In this document: piece by piece, positions 1 through 10,533 of the stretch | How positions within the stretch are numbered: position 1 is the stretch's first letter | How the letters are laid out: every line of letters starts with the position of its first letter | From: a bacterium | Lineage (GTDB): Bacteria; UBA8248 | Reading direction: 5' to 3' | Assembly (NCBI GenBank): GCA_965200245.1 | Contig: CBDATS010000004.1 | Span: 1,024,001-1,088,000, forward strand | DNA length: 64,000 nt | Program-made: the position numbers and the translations under genes | Notes under the pieces: model-generated | What the model was told of the DNA's origin: nothing | Database searches by the model: none | Seen by the model: only the letters and a program-made list of their open reading frames with translations

Positions 1-428
1 TTACGGGCATCGTGGTGAACAACGCGATTCTGCTCGTCCACCAAGCGCTGAATCACTTCCGCGCGGGCCTTCCCATGCGCGAGGCCATCCTGGAGAGCGC
101 GCGCGACAGGATGCGCCCCATCTTCATGACGACCACGACAACCGTGCTCGGCATGCTGCCGCTGGTGGCATCTTCGGGCTCGGGCAGCGAACTCTACAGG
201 GGGCTGGGCTCGGCCGTCCTCGGTGGATTGGCCATGTCCACGATCTTCACCCTGCTGCTCATACCGGTCGTCTTCTCGCTGTGGGTGGATTTGCTCGCGT
301 TCATCAGGCCCGCGAGCTTCGCTGCAGGAACGACGGCTCCTTCACCGAGCGGCGCAAGTGGCGCGCCGTCCGAGCGGGTGCGGTCCCGCAAGGCCGTCAA
401 CCTCATCGAACAAAAGGAAGAAGACTAG
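1..428 (+). CDS. RND efflux permease (AcrB/CusA family), C-terminal part; runs off the window start
   Basis: GIVVNNAILLV...RMRPIFMTT...GLGSAVLGGL are the conserved C-terminal RND TM motifs. Confidence 0.9.
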   Translation, partial: TGIVVNNAILLVHQALNHFRAGLPMREAILESARDRMRPIFMTTTTTVLGMLPLVASSGSGSELYRGLGSAVLGGLAMSTIFTLLLIPVVFSLWVDLLAFIRPASFAAGTTAPSPSGASGAPSERVRSRKAVNLIEQKEED

Positions 429-1222
429 CCTCCCGCTTCGGCCAGGAACGCATCCACTGCCGCGTTCCACTCCATATGGGAACGGCGGTAGCTGTAGTGG
501 CCTCCCTCTTCCAGAATCAAGAGCCTGGAACCCGCTATCGCCTGTTGCAAGTCCTGGGCGAAATAGGGCGGGGTCAGGGCGTCGTCTTTCGCGGCGATGA
601 TAAGCGAGGGCTTATCTATTTTTTGAATCTCGGATGTCCTGTCGTGGCTCAGCGTCATGTCCAGACGCGCGGTGATGACCTCCACGGGCGCAATCGTGTC
701 TTTCTGGCGCGCTTCCAGATCGAGCAGGTTCTCGTACATGTTCCTGAACTGTGTCCAGCCACACGTCCAAAGTGAACTGAACTTGATATATTCCTCCAGA
801 CCATAGGCCTCGGCGATCTGCTTGCGCGAGGCCTGAAGTCGCGTCATGTAGGGATCCGCTGTCGTCCAGGTGTTGGTGAATACACAGCAGCCGATTCGCT
901 CGGGATAATCGAGCGCCAGGTTTTGCAGTATGCAGCCTCCCGTCGACGTGCCCGCCACGTGGGCCCTTTCGATTCCCAGTGTATCGAGGAGTGCGACCGC
1001 ATCCTGCGCGATGAAGTCCGTGGAGTAGGCGTCCCTGGGCTTGTCGCTCTCGCCCGTACCCCTGTGGTCGAAGGTGATGCAGCGGAAGCGATCCGAGAAA
1101 TGGGGCATCTGAAAATCCCAGGCGTCGAGAAGCCCCATGAGGCCGGGGATGAAAAGAAACGCATCTCCCTCTCCCCGTTCCGCGTAATTGAGCTGTATCT
1201 CACCTGCTTGAATACGTGGCAT
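425..1222 (-). CDS. alpha/beta-fold hydrolase (RutD/enol-lactonase-like)
   Basis: FDHRGTG, nucleophile elbow GTSTGG, C-terminal GGH. Confidence 0.85.
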   Translation of the reverse strand: MPRIQAGEIQLNYAERGEGDAFLFIPGLMGLLDAWDFQMPHFSDRFRCITFDHRGTGESDKPRDAYSTDFIAQDAVALLDTLGIERAHVAGTSTGGCILQNLALDYPERIGCCVFTNTWTTADPYMTRLQASRKQIAEAYGLEEYIKFSSLWTCGWTQFRNMYENLLDLEARQKDTIAPVEVITARLDMTLSHDRTSEIQKIDKPSLIIAAKDDALTPPYFAQDLQQAIAGSRLLILEEGGHYSYRRSHMEWNAAVDAFLAEAGG

Positions 1223-1240
1223 GGTTTCTCCCTTTCATGG

Positions 1241-2254
1241 TTATTCGTTCTCGTCTTCGAGAATTTCGGACACTTCCACCCGGCGTCCCTCGCGCGCGGA
1301 GCGCACGCCCGCGCGGATGACGGCGAGAGAAGATGTAGCGGCATCGCCACCTATCTCGGGCGGTGCGCCTCCACGAACGGCGTCCGCGAATTCCTCGAGT
1401 TCTTCCTTGATGGTATCGTTCTTGTCACAGGCCACCGCCTGGGGGGCCTCCTCTCCACGGTAGAGGATGCGCAGGCCGTCGAAGAGCGTATAGTAGGCCG
1501 TGGCCGTCTTCCCGTAGATGTTCATGAGGTAGTACTCTGACGCCGAGGCGTAGCTCGCCGTGAGGTTCGAGATGGCGCCCGATTCGTGCTCGAGAATCAG
1601 GTTCGCCACGTCGGGGTTATCGCCGGGCAGGACAAGTTGGGCCGTGTGACCCGATACGGCGACGATGGGCCCCATGAGGTAGGTCAGCACGTCGGTGTAG
1701 TGAATACCTATCTGGAGCATGACGCCGCCCGGCATGGCGTCCGCCTGATAGCGCCAATGGCCAAGTTCGAACTGGCCTTCCCTATCCCTGCTGATATTGC
1801 ACTCCGCCTGTACGAGCCTGCCAAATTCGCCCGCATCGATCCTCTCCCTAATCCAGCGGAAATGGTTCTCTCGCCGCCTCTGGTAACCGATGGCGAGTAT
1901 CACACCGCTCTCGGCACATACATGGGTCAGGGCCTTGCCGTCGGCGACAGTATGGGCGATGGGTTTATCGAGAAAAACGTGCTTGCCCACCTGCGCCGCC
2001 GCTTCTGTGGTTTCGCGGTGAACATGGTTGGGCGTGGTGTTGATGATGGCCTCTATGGAATCATCCGCCAGAATCTCCTCGTAACTTCCCGCCGTCTCGC
2101 AACCATATTTTTTGGCGAACGCCTCGCGCTTGTCTTCAGAGCGCGTGAAGCAGGCGACAATCTCGATTTTGCCCGTTCTGTCGATGGCGTCGGCCAGAAC
2201 GTCCGACCACCAGCCCATGCCCAGCGAAGCCACCCGTAGGGGTTTTGAACTCAT
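1241..2254 (-). CDS. Gfo/Idh/MocA family oxidoreductase
   Basis: Rossmann GMGWW, TPNHVH, KHVFLDKP, GYQRR; start moved to MSSKPL. Confidence 0.9.
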   Translation of the reverse strand: MSSKPLRVASLGMGWWSDVLADAIDRTGKIEIVACFTRSEDKREAFAKKYGCETAGSYEEILADDSIEAIINTTPNHVHRETTEAAAQVGKHVFLDKPIAHTVADGKALTHVCAESGVILAIGYQRRRENHFRWIRERIDAGEFGRLVQAECNISRDREGQFELGHWRYQADAMPGGVMLQIGIHYTDVLTYLMGPIVAVSGHTAQLVLPGDNPDVANLILEHESGAISNLTASYASASEYYLMNIYGKTATAYYTLFDGLRILYRGEEAPQAVACDKNDTIKEELEEFADAVRGGAPPEIGGDAATSSLAVIRAGVRSAREGRRVEVSEILEDENE

Positions 2255-2366
2255 TTTTTCCGTGACTCCCTCGTGTTGTGTCGATACCTGAAATGAAAAG
2301 AAGTTTTGTGCGGAATATCGCGAGAGTACGGCACGTCGCAGGACGTTCCGCTTCACGCCGCCGAGT

Positions 2367-2804
2367 CTAAAAAGAAGCGCCCACCGCTTCTACGGCCACG
2401 CGCGCGATGGCCTCGTCCTGTTCCCAGTCGCCGCCGCTTACGCCGATACCTCCCAGACACTCACCCTCGTAGAGGATCGGGAAGCCGCCCTCCATCGCTG
2501 TCCATCGCTCGGGACCTGCGGCGAGGGCCAGTCCCAGCGCATGTGCAGTGTCCAGATGCTGCGCCTGCGCGCCCTGCGTGGTGGTGGGCCGCTTGTTCGA
2601 TGCCGAGCAAACCGCCTTGGTGGTGGACGAATGAACGGTATGGAAACGCCCACCGTCCATACGCTCGAGCAGTACGAGGTGTCCACCCGCGTCGGCGATG
2701 GCCACGGTGACGGGGATGCCGAACTCCTCCGCTTTGGCGATGGCGGCGGCCATCATCAACTTGGCCCCCTTGGTGGTGAGTCGATGGGTACGGGCGAATG
2801 GCAT
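2367..2804 (-). CDS. GlcG/HbpS family heme-binding protein
   Basis: VAIADAGGHL..LERMDG, GGFPI, GGIGVSGG..EQD. Confidence 0.9.
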   Translation of the reverse strand: MPFARTHRLTTKGAKLMMAAAIAKAEEFGIPVTVAIADAGGHLVLLERMDGGRFHTVHSSTTKAVCSASNKRPTTTQGAQAQHLDTAHALGLALAAGPERWTAMEGGFPILYEGECLGGIGVSGGDWEQDEAIARVAVEAVGASF

Positions 2805-2970
2805 GGATAATTCTCCTTCGATTTTCCGAAAAGCGGTCGAATTTTCCTTCTTGTAGCAATTCATCCGCCATTTGTCGATGATTCCAGTCCAGTGCATGCT
2901 CGGCCTTGCGATGGAGCAAAGCCTCCTCCATCATGTGTGCACTCACCGGCCCGGAAAAAGGAAAGCGAGG

Positions 2971-3744
2971 GTGTCCGAAGTCGTTTCGTTCATCGAACAA
3001 ACTGCCTGCAAGGCGCGCGCGCACGCGGTGGAGATGTTCGGCAAGGTAGAAGCGGAACCCAAGGGGCGCAGCATCGTCTCGCGCGCCGACCGGGAGGTCG
3101 AGCGCATCATCATCGCGGAGATTCGCGCGGCCTATCCAGGCGACCCCATACTCGCCGAGGAAAGCGGTGCGAGCGGCATAGAAGAGATTGGCCCCGATTC
3201 ACGCTGGTGGGCGATAGATCCCATCGACGGTACGGGCCCCTACCTGAAAGGCCTCCCTTTCTGGGCGGTTTCGATTGCGTGTCTCAGGGGTTCGCGCGTC
3301 GAGGCGGGCGTCGTTCAAATACCCGCGTTGGGGCAGTCCTTCACTGCCGGTGTCTCGGGACCTGCGACGAGAAACGGCACGCCGCTGGCACGAGTCCGTC
3401 AAGAGGTTCCTGGCGAGCACGATTATATCTTCCTCCCGTGCGGAGAGGTGGAGGGTCTCTCGCATCGCTATCCGGGACGTTTCCTGGCCCTGGCCTCGGC
3501 CGCCTGTCACGTCTGCCTCGCGGCAGCGGGTTCGGCATTTGGCGTCATGATGGAGCCAATACGCGCGTATGACTTCGCCGCCGCCGCTCTCATCTACGAG
3601 CATGCAGGGGGAGCGGTGCGCTATCTATCCGGATCGGAAATCGACTACGCCGCGCTCGCTGATGGACGCCGGACGCCCGAACCCGTCCTCGCCGCACCTG
3701 CGGCGCAAATCGACTGGTTGAGAGAGAGGGTTTTCTGGAACTAG
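2971..3744 (+). CDS. inositol monophosphatase family protein
   Basis: ILAEE, WAIDPIDGT, YDFAAA; GTG start assumed. Confidence 0.88.
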   Translation: MSEVVSFIEQTACKARAHAVEMFGKVEAEPKGRSIVSRADREVERIIIAEIRAAYPGDPILAEESGASGIEEIGPDSRWWAIDPIDGTGPYLKGLPFWAVSIACLRGSRVEAGVVQIPALGQSFTAGVSGPATRNGTPLARVRQEVPGEHDYIFLPCGEVEGLSHRYPGRFLALASAACHVCLAAAGSAFGVMMEPIRAYDFAAAALIYEHAGGAVRYLSGSEIDYAALADGRRTPEPVLAAPAAQIDWLRERVFWN

Positions 3745-3757
3745 TTCCGGCGCGCGC

Positions 3758-4561
3758 TTACATCCACATACCCGCACGCTGCATCATCTGGTCGAGCTGG
3801 AAGTTCACCCGGTCCGCGCACTCAAGTGGTGTCGTGTGACCCGCACCCTCGACCAGTTCTATGACCGAATCGCTCAGCCCCTCGTGCAGCGCAACCATCT
3901 GCGCCGGAGGTACCAGCATGTCGCCCGTGCCGCCGAACACCACGCAGGGGACGGCGATTTCGCCCAGACGCGGCGTCAGTTCCTCGCGCGTTCTGAGCGC
4001 GTCGATGAGCAAGGCGATGGAATCCGGAACCTGGGAGAGCACGACCTTTTGCGTGGCCTCGATTTCGAGCGGATGGGCGTCGATGTAGGCGGGCGCGAAG
4101 AGGCTTCCAATGAAATGTTCCGCGAAGCCCGCCATTCCCTCGTCGATGACGGTCTGCATGTGCTGCAGTCGCACTTTTTTTCCCTCTTCGGAATCCGCCG
4201 TCGCACGAGTGCTGATGAACCCGCACGCACGTACCATGAGCGGATGTCGAAGCGCCATCTGGAGAAGCACATAACCGCCCAGCGAAAACCCGGCCACGGC
4301 AGCAGCGGTGATATCCAGTGCGCCCAAGAAACCCGCCATGTCGTCGGCCATCATCGAGACCGTGATGGGGCCGCCTGAATGCGGCGTTCGCCCCATTCCG
4401 CGCATGTCGGGACACAAAACGCGATAGCTGCCCTGGAGGGCTTCGACCTGCGGCGCCCAGATGGTGTGGTCCAGCGAAAAGCCGTGCAGGAGCAGTAGCG
4501 GCGGCCCGCTGCCCGATTCCTGATAGGCGATGTCGATTCCGTTTGCGGATACGGTTTTCAT
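3758..4561 (-). CDS. alpha/beta-fold hydrolase (3-oxoadipate enol-lactonase-like)
   Basis: LLLHG, PDMRGMG, GFSLGG, GAGH. Confidence 0.88.
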   Translation of the reverse strand: MKTVSANGIDIAYQESGSGPPLLLLHGFSLDHTIWAPQVEALQGSYRVLCPDMRGMGRTPHSGGPITVSMMADDMAGFLGALDITAAAVAGFSLGGYVLLQMALRHPLMVRACGFISTRATADSEEGKKVRLQHMQTVIDEGMAGFAEHFIGSLFAPAYIDAHPLEIEATQKVVLSQVPDSIALLIDALRTREELTPRLGEIAVPCVVFGGTGDMLVPPAQMVALHEGLSDSVIELVEGAGHTTPLECADRVNFQLDQMMQRAGMWM

Positions 4562-4728
4562 GGTGCGCTCCCATCAAGGCCTGAACCGGCTTGCAAGCAC
4601 CGAATTATCGTTTGAGTCGCCGATTCTAGCACACGAGAGCGCGCGCCGGAACGCGAGAAGGAATCGAGGTGTAAAATCGCTTCGCTCAAGCCTGTTTGCT
4701 CATAGCCACGCCCGCCCAACAATTTTTT

Positions 4729-4850
4729 GACTTGCCTTGCGCGGCAATCGAAAACGCCTTCTCGCTCGATCCCGCCGCGGCAATCGCCCGTGCGCAAGGG
4801 TACACCTGGGCCGAATCCGCTCGGCAGTTCGCGAGTTCGCTCACTCTCAT
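4729..4850 (+). pseudogene. possible C-terminal remnant of a GT4 glycosyltransferase
   Basis: AAIENAFSLDPAAAIARAQGYTWAESARQF resembles the GT4 terminal helix (..a..ysW...a.qF); the rest of the gene is absent. Confidence 0.4.
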
Positions 4851-4982
4851 CGCGCCCGAGACCTTAACGCCCCCCTCCCGAACAGAGCACGGCTCCGAAC
4901 CACTCCGGGCGGTGCGTCGCTGGATGGAAAAGCGAGACAGCAAAGCTGATCCAAGGCAGATTTTCAATCTGCAAGCCGCCAT

Positions 4983-5117
4983 TCAGGTGCTTTTGCGAAG
5001 TATTTTCCGATTGTGTGAGGTCGAGTAGTTATTGTTTGCTTCCTCGAACTCGACTGCTCCGTTCTTCCGCGTGACGATAAATTCATCCGGCAATTGTTCC
5101 AAGGCTTTCTGATCCAT
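4983..5117 (-). pseudogene. N-terminal remnant of an AlbA_2/Schlafen-like DNA-binding protein
   Basis: RBS GAGG then MDQKALEQLPDEFIVTRKNGAVEFEEANNNYSTS, followed by frameshifted IGKYF; resembles (E)NEVVEFKEA....S.IGKYF. Confidence 0.45.
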
Positions 5118-5161
5118 AACCTCTTCAGACTGAAATGTTTTTGCCCCCTTCAATTACTTCC

Positions 5162-6400
5162 TTACTCTTCCCACTCCACTACAGGCAGCGACATGAGAGA
5201 GAATTCGCCAAGCGCGAGTTCGATTTCCTCGCGCACCCAGGCGTCCCTTTCGACTTCGCGTCTGGCTTCCAAAGCCAGACGCGCGCGCTCCTCACGCAGG
5301 CGTTTGCCGACTCGGGCAAGCGCCCAGGCGGCGTGGCCGCGGGCGAGGGATTCACGGTGATACAACGCTCTGGTTAGCGGCGCCACGCTCTCCGCCCCCC
5401 CCGTATTGCCGATGGCCACAATGACGTTTCTCAGGAATCCGCCGTAGCGCGCGCGCATGACGGGTGTGCCGCGAAACGCCTTTTGGAACTGCTGTTCGTT
5501 CATTGCGGCGAATTCATGGAGTCCGGGATCCAGCGCCGCCGGACGGGGAGCGAACCTTGGCTCGCACGCATGGGGAACGTCGTCGTTCCAGGGGCAGACC
5601 TCCTGGCAGATATCGCACCCGAATATGTGCGCGCCCATGAGAGCACGGAGTTCTCTGGGAATCGGACCTCTGAGTTCGATGGTGAGATAGGAGATGCAGC
5701 GACGCGCGTCCACCACACCGGGTGCCACGATGGCGTCCGTAGGGCAATCGTCCATGCAGCGTGTGCACGTGCCGCAATGTTCCTCATAAAAGGGTTCGTC
5801 CAATTCCAGCGCGCGATTCAGGAGAAGACATCCCAGGAAGAAATAGCTGCCTAGCCGACGCGAAAGGAGCAGCGAGTTTTTTCCTTTCCAGCCAAGGCCT
5901 GCCAAGACAGCCAGGTCACGCTCGAGCAGAGGACCGGTGTCCACGTAGCTTCTGCCCTCGATTCCGGGATCGATTTCCTTCAGATCGCGCAGGACACGGA
6001 CGAGCCTTTTCTTCATGAACTTGTGATAATCCCCACCGTGGGCATAGCGCGCGATTTTTCCCTGCCCTTCCATGTGGCGCGTTTCGATCTCGGGCTTGTA
6101 GCGCATGGCGACCACGAGCACGGCGCGCGTCTCCGGCCAGAGCCGGCGCAAGTCGCCGCGCACGTAGGGATTTCTCGCGAGATAGCTCATCTCGCCCGCA
6201 TAGCCGCGCTCGATCCACTCCATATATCGCCCGTGCGCCTCGCCCAAGCCGGGAGGCGCGACAGCGGCGAGATCGAAACCATGTTTCAGGGCAGATTCCT
6301 TGACCATGCCCGTAAATCCTGGAAGGCTCTTGCAGCCTGCACTTGAGTTTGCGGAATCTACGCCCCTGTTTTCGGGATGCGGATTCGGGCAGTCGGCCAT
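5162..6400 (-). CDS. queG: epoxyqueuosine reductase
   Basis: ARYA.G.DYH, VDTGPLLER, GLGWKGKN, CGTCTRCMDDCPT, CISYLTIE, FGCDICQEVCPWN, HEAT-like tail. Confidence 0.96.
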   Translation of the reverse strand: MADCPNPHPENRGVDSANSSAGCKSLPGFTGMVKESALKHGFDLAAVAPPGLGEAHGRYMEWIERGYAGEMSYLARNPYVRGDLRRLWPETRAVLVVAMRYKPEIETRHMEGQGKIARYAHGGDYHKFMKKRLVRVLRDLKEIDPGIEGRSYVDTGPLLERDLAVLAGLGWKGKNSLLLSRRLGSYFFLGCLLLNRALELDEPFYEEHCGTCTRCMDDCPTDAIVAPGVVDARRCISYLTIELRGPIPRELRALMGAHIFGCDICQEVCPWNDDVPHACEPRFAPRPAALDPGLHEFAAMNEQQFQKAFRGTPVMRARYGGFLRNVIVAIGNTGGAESVAPLTRALYHRESLARGHAAWALARVGKRLREERARLALEARREVERDAWVREEIELALGEFSLMSLPVVEWEE

Positions 6401-6577
6401 GTCTACTCCAAGCGATCGATAAGTATCTCGTGTAATACCAATCTTGGGTGGTGAGCGGTTCTCTTGTCAACAATTGCCGGGATAAGAGATTTTTTGTTAC
6501 CCATGCAGAAGATTTGGTGATATGTATTGATTCGCGTTGTTTCAAGTATCTGATCACCCTCAAAAGGTAAGCCTCCG

Positions 6578-7285
6578 TTGAACGGCAAGGGGAAAATTCT
6601 GGGAGTGACGGCGCTCTGCCTTCTGGCGACGGCCCTGCTCCTTCATTTTTTCTGGAGCGAGTTTCTTGCCACCTTTGGGAATCTGTTGAAGTTCCACCAT
6701 CAGAAAGAGGAGTTCAGGAACTGGATTCACTCCTTCGGTCCCTGGGGGCCAGTCGTGTTCATTGGTGTGCAGGTATTCCAGGTGATCTTATCACCCATAC
6801 CAGGCGAGTTGACGGGCTTTCTGGGCGGCTACGTCTACGGCGCGCTCACAGCGACGATCTTCAGCACCATCGGCCTGACGATTGGCAGTTTTCTCGCGTT
6901 CTATATCGGGCGGAGGCTGGGGCGTCCCTTCGTGGAGAAGCTCATACCACCCAAGGTGCTCGACAAGTTCGATTTCCTCATCACGAACAAAGGCGCCTTT
7001 CTCGCCTTCATCTTCTTCTCGATTCCCGGCTTTCCCAAGGACTACATGTGCTATCTGCTGGGTCTGAGTCCACTCAGGACGCCGACGTTCGTGCTCATCT
7101 CGTGCCTGGGGAGAATCCCCGGCACCATCATGCTGGGCATCCAGGGAGCCGGGACGTACGAAGAGCAATACGGCATGGTGGTCGCACTTCTGATAGTCAC
7201 CGTCGTGGCCGGGGCAACGGCGGTCTATTTCCAGGAACCCTTGACGCTCTGGCTCAAGGAAAAGACCAGCCGGAGGGAATCATAG
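6578..7285 (+). CDS. TVP38/TMEM64 (DedA/VTT) family membrane protein
   Basis: QVILSPIPGE..GFLGGYVYG, IPGFPKD, GRIPG. Confidence 0.9.
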   Translation: MNGKGKILGVTALCLLATALLLHFFWSEFLATFGNLLKFHHQKEEFRNWIHSFGPWGPVVFIGVQVFQVILSPIPGELTGFLGGYVYGALTATIFSTIGLTIGSFLAFYIGRRLGRPFVEKLIPPKVLDKFDFLITNKGAFLAFIFFSIPGFPKDYMCYLLGLSPLRTPTFVLISCLGRIPGTIMLGIQGAGTYEEQYGMVVALLIVTVVAGATAVYFQEPLTLWLKEKTSRRES

Positions 7286-7356
7286 GGTCAGGCACGCTTC
7301 ATCTCATTCCGGCTGCATGTTTTCGGCTTGTCGACAATCCCTGCCAGCATGACAAA

Positions 7357-8241
7357 TCAGGATACTCCCAGATACAGCAGAAGCAGGGGCGTAGTGATGA
7401 GACTCAATGCCGTACTCGTGAAAACGATAGAGGCGGCGAGCGAGCCTTCATCGCTATAGCGTTCGGCGAAGACGTAGTTCAGCACGGCGGGCGGGCTGCA
7501 TGACATCAGGAAGAGCGCCGCGCGGAACGCGCCCGTGAGCGCGAAGGCTGTAGAGAGCACCCAGGCCAGCGTGAACCCGAGTCCGAACCGTAGCGCCGCC
7601 ACGAAGAGGCTTATTTTGAAATCTGACGCCCGGATGGAACGAAGCCTGTAGCCCAGCGTGAAGAGTTCCACCGGAAACATCCCGCGCCCGGTCAGGTGCG
7701 AGAAACGCATGATGAATCGGGGCACGGGAATCACCGCCATCGCCACGACGATACCCGCAATCGCCGAATAGAGGGCGGGCATCTTGAGCGGCTCCTTCAC
7801 GTCGGCGCTCCCGCCGTAGGCCATGATCCCCAGCGTGAAGCTGATGAACACGTTCGGTATGGAGAGCAGCACCATATGGGCGAGACCCTCCTCGCCGAAA
7901 GCGAGAAGTGCCAGTGGGTAGGGCAGCGAGACGGAATTCATGAGCATCACGCTGGGTACGAAGGAACGGTTCGTGATGCCCGTCGCGCGCTTGATGGCGT
8001 AGGCGATGGCACCGGGGATGATCTGGATGAGCGTGGAGAATATGCCCGCCTTGAGCAGTTCATCCCACACGATGTGCTGACGCGCGAGGGCGTCGAACAT
8101 CACGGCAGGGGCGAGCAGAAAAAGGACGAGTTCGGCCAGTACCTTGGGGTCGAGTTTTTTCCATCGCCCGTAGAAATAGCCGATACCGATCAGGGCCATG
8201 ACCGGAAAAACGATGTTCAAAAGCGACGTAACGGTGGACAT
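7357..8241 (-). CDS. AEC family (auxin efflux carrier/malate permease) transporter
   Basis: about 10 TM segments, N...LPYPL...FG, PPAV..YVFAERY; start at MSTVTS. Confidence 0.88.
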   Translation of the reverse strand: MSTVTSLLNIVFPVMALIGIGYFYGRWKKLDPKVLAELVLFLLAPAVMFDALARQHIVWDELLKAGIFSTLIQIIPGAIAYAIKRATGITNRSFVPSVMLMNSVSLPYPLALLAFGEEGLAHMVLLSIPNVFISFTLGIMAYGGSADVKEPLKMPALYSAIAGIVVAMAVIPVPRFIMRFSHLTGRGMFPVELFTLGYRLRSIRASDFKISLFVAALRFGLGFTLAWVLSTAFALTGAFRAALFLMSCSPPAVLNYVFAERYSDEGSLAASIVFTSTALSLITTPLLLLYLGVS

Positions 8242-8445
8242 GCGCTTCTCGAGAATCCTCTTCGTTCCGCGAAAGAGGCAGAGTATACATAGCGTTCTTC
8301 CGGGTGACCACCCCAAAGGGGCGGCTGTTCCGCCACACGGGACGCACCGCCCGCACCCTGGTGAATTTGCACGCGGGCGCGAGGACGCGGTAGCCTGCGG
8401 GCGGTTTTCCGTATGCGTTTCCAAAAATATCCGAAGGAGCGAAAA

Positions 8446-8883
8446 ATGCCGAAAGTGGACCATCTGGGCTACGCCGTGAGCAATCTCGACAAGAAGAAGA
8501 ACGTGATGGAGGACTTGCTGGGTTTTCGGTATCTGGAGAGAAGGGTGTATGAGCGTCCGGGCAACACCGCGCGGCTCGATTTCTACGAGGGCGAAGGGGC
8601 CGTGATGGAACTCGTGGAGATGAGCAATCCCGAGGCACCGCTCAACCGGTTCATCGCCGAGCGTGGCGAGGGACTGCACCACATCTGTTTCGTCGTCGAG
8701 GATTTGCGAGCCACGATGGCCGAATGGGAAGCCAAAGGGGTCGAATTCGTTCTCGCTCCCACGTATGGCTCGCGCGGCGGTGTCATCACCTTTACGAATG
8801 CGGCCACGACTGGCGGCCTCGCGATAGAACTGGTGCAGTACGTTCCGGAGGGTGAGGAGATTCCCGACTGGGCCCAGAAGTAG
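8446..8883 (+). CDS. VOC family protein (methylmalonyl-CoA epimerase-like)
   Basis: VDHLGYAV, ELVE, RGEGLHHICF.V, IELVQ. Confidence 0.85.
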   Translation: MPKVDHLGYAVSNLDKKKNVMEDLLGFRYLERRVYERPGNTARLDFYEGEGAVMELVEMSNPEAPLNRFIAERGEGLHHICFVVEDLRATMAEWEAKGVEFVLAPTYGSRGGVITFTNAATTGGLAIELVQYVPEGEEIPDWAQK

Positions 8884-9283
8884 CGCTGCGTGTCCGGCTT
8901 ACGTGCGGGGTCACAGGCAAGCCTCGGCCGTCAATCGAAAGTTAGTGAATGGAACTGAGCGAGTCAGAAGTGTCTTCGTGTTCGGCGCATCAGGGAATGG
9001 CGATGAAATTACCGATAAAAATCGCTGCCCAAACCATGAATTCCAGCCTGGTAACTCCGGTTCAATTCCCCACTTGCTACCCGGCATACAATTCACTTGT
9101 GGCCGGTTTTACGGGCTACCCGCCGAAGGCCAAGGAAAACCTCGTTGATGTGATGCTGTTGTTCATCGAATCCTTTTTCGAGCGCGACGTGCTGGATTCC
9201 GTTCCCAAAGATTGCGGACTTGCCCCTTTAACTTCCGCCATATCCTGAGTAACGACCAGATTCTTTGTCTCCCGACGGCCCGC

Positions 9284-10297
9284 TCATCCGCTCCGTGGTG
9301 CCTCTTCTCCGGCGAAGAACGCGGCGATCCTGTTGAGGGATTTCGGGATGTCCACGTCCCACTGGCGGTTCGAACCCCCGCCGGTATGGGGCAGCAATAC
9401 GGCGTTGGGCATCCCGATCAGCGGACTGTCGGCGGGCAGGGGTTCATAGCGGTAGACATCGAGCCCCGCCATGGCGATCTCGCCCCCCTCAAGCGCAGCG
9501 GCGAGCGCCGCCTCATCCACCAGCGCGCCGCGTCCCACGTTGATGAGGGTTGCCGTCTTCTTCATGCGCGCGAGTTGTTCGGCACCTATCATCCCCTCGC
9601 TTTCTGCAGTGTGCGGCAGGACGAGCACGAGATAATCGACACACTCCAGCAGATTGTCAAAGTCCAGATACACGGCCTGGTATTCCGCCTCCACTTGCGA
9701 CAAGTGCCGCGTTCTTTGGTGATAGAAGATTTCCATGCCGAAGGCGAGACAGCGCCTTGCGATGTCCATTCCGATGTCGCCCAGGCCGATGATGCCCACG
9801 CTCTCGCCATACAACTCGCCCACGCCCTCGATCCCGGGCCAGTTGGGCCGAATACTCCACTGACTCGTCAGGGCGGGTTCGAGGCCCATCTCGCGGTAGA
9901 CGCCCGCCTCGACCGCCTTTTGGCCAAGAATTGTCTTGCGCGCGCAGCAGAGCATGAGGACGAGGGCCTGTTCGGCCACGGTGGCATTTCGCAAGAGCGA
10001 CTGCGTACCGACGGGGATGCCCCGCGCGCGTGCCTCGTCCACGGCGATGTTCTTGCAATTCAGCCCGTGTTTCTGGATGTAGCGCAGCCGCTCCGCTGCA
10101 CGGATGACAGAGGCGGGCAGTGCCGCCTTGTAGCAGAGCACCGCGTCGGCTTCGGGCGCGAGTCCAAGAAGCGCCTCTTCCTCCGCATTGTCTGGCGCGA
10201 TGACCTCGAAAGGCGCTGCGGCGGGACTCGTTTTTACTCTTTCCAGAAAGCGGCCCGATGCCCCATCGGTGACGAGCAAGCGGATTCTATCGCTCAC
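9284..10297 (-). CDS. D-2-hydroxyacid dehydrogenase family protein
   Basis: GIIGLGDIG, LINVGRG, AGLDVYRYEP, LPHTGG. Confidence 0.92.
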   Translation of the reverse strand: MSDRIRLLVTDGASGRFLERVKTSPAAAPFEVIAPDNAEEEALLGLAPEADAVLCYKAALPASVIRAAERLRYIQKHGLNCKNIAVDEARARGIPVGTQSLLRNATVAEQALVLMLCCARKTILGQKAVEAGVYREMGLEPALTSQWSIRPNWPGIEGVGELYGESVGIIGLGDIGMDIARRCLAFGMEIFYHQRTRHLSQVEAEYQAVYLDFDNLLECVDYLVLVLPHTAESEGMIGAEQLARMKKTATLINVGRGALVDEAALAAALEGGEIAMAGLDVYRYEPLPADSPLIGMPNAVLLPHTGGGSNRQWDVDIPKSLNRIAAFFAGEEAPRSG

Positions 10298-10533
10298 GGC
10301 TTCTCCTTGCGCGGAGTGTGTGGTGAAAACAGAAACGGTTTCTTGACATGGAAGAGGATGGGGTGCTATGGGAGTGCCTCATTTGTCTGGCGTACAGGGG
10401 CTGACCACAGCCTGTCCCAACATGTGCTCGTACCGAAACCTGCCTTGAGGGATTGGCGGTGCGGCGTATGCACTTTCCGCACGGCCCGCCTGCGAAAGAA
10501 TTTCTCACAGGCGGGCACGAAGCGGTTACTATG

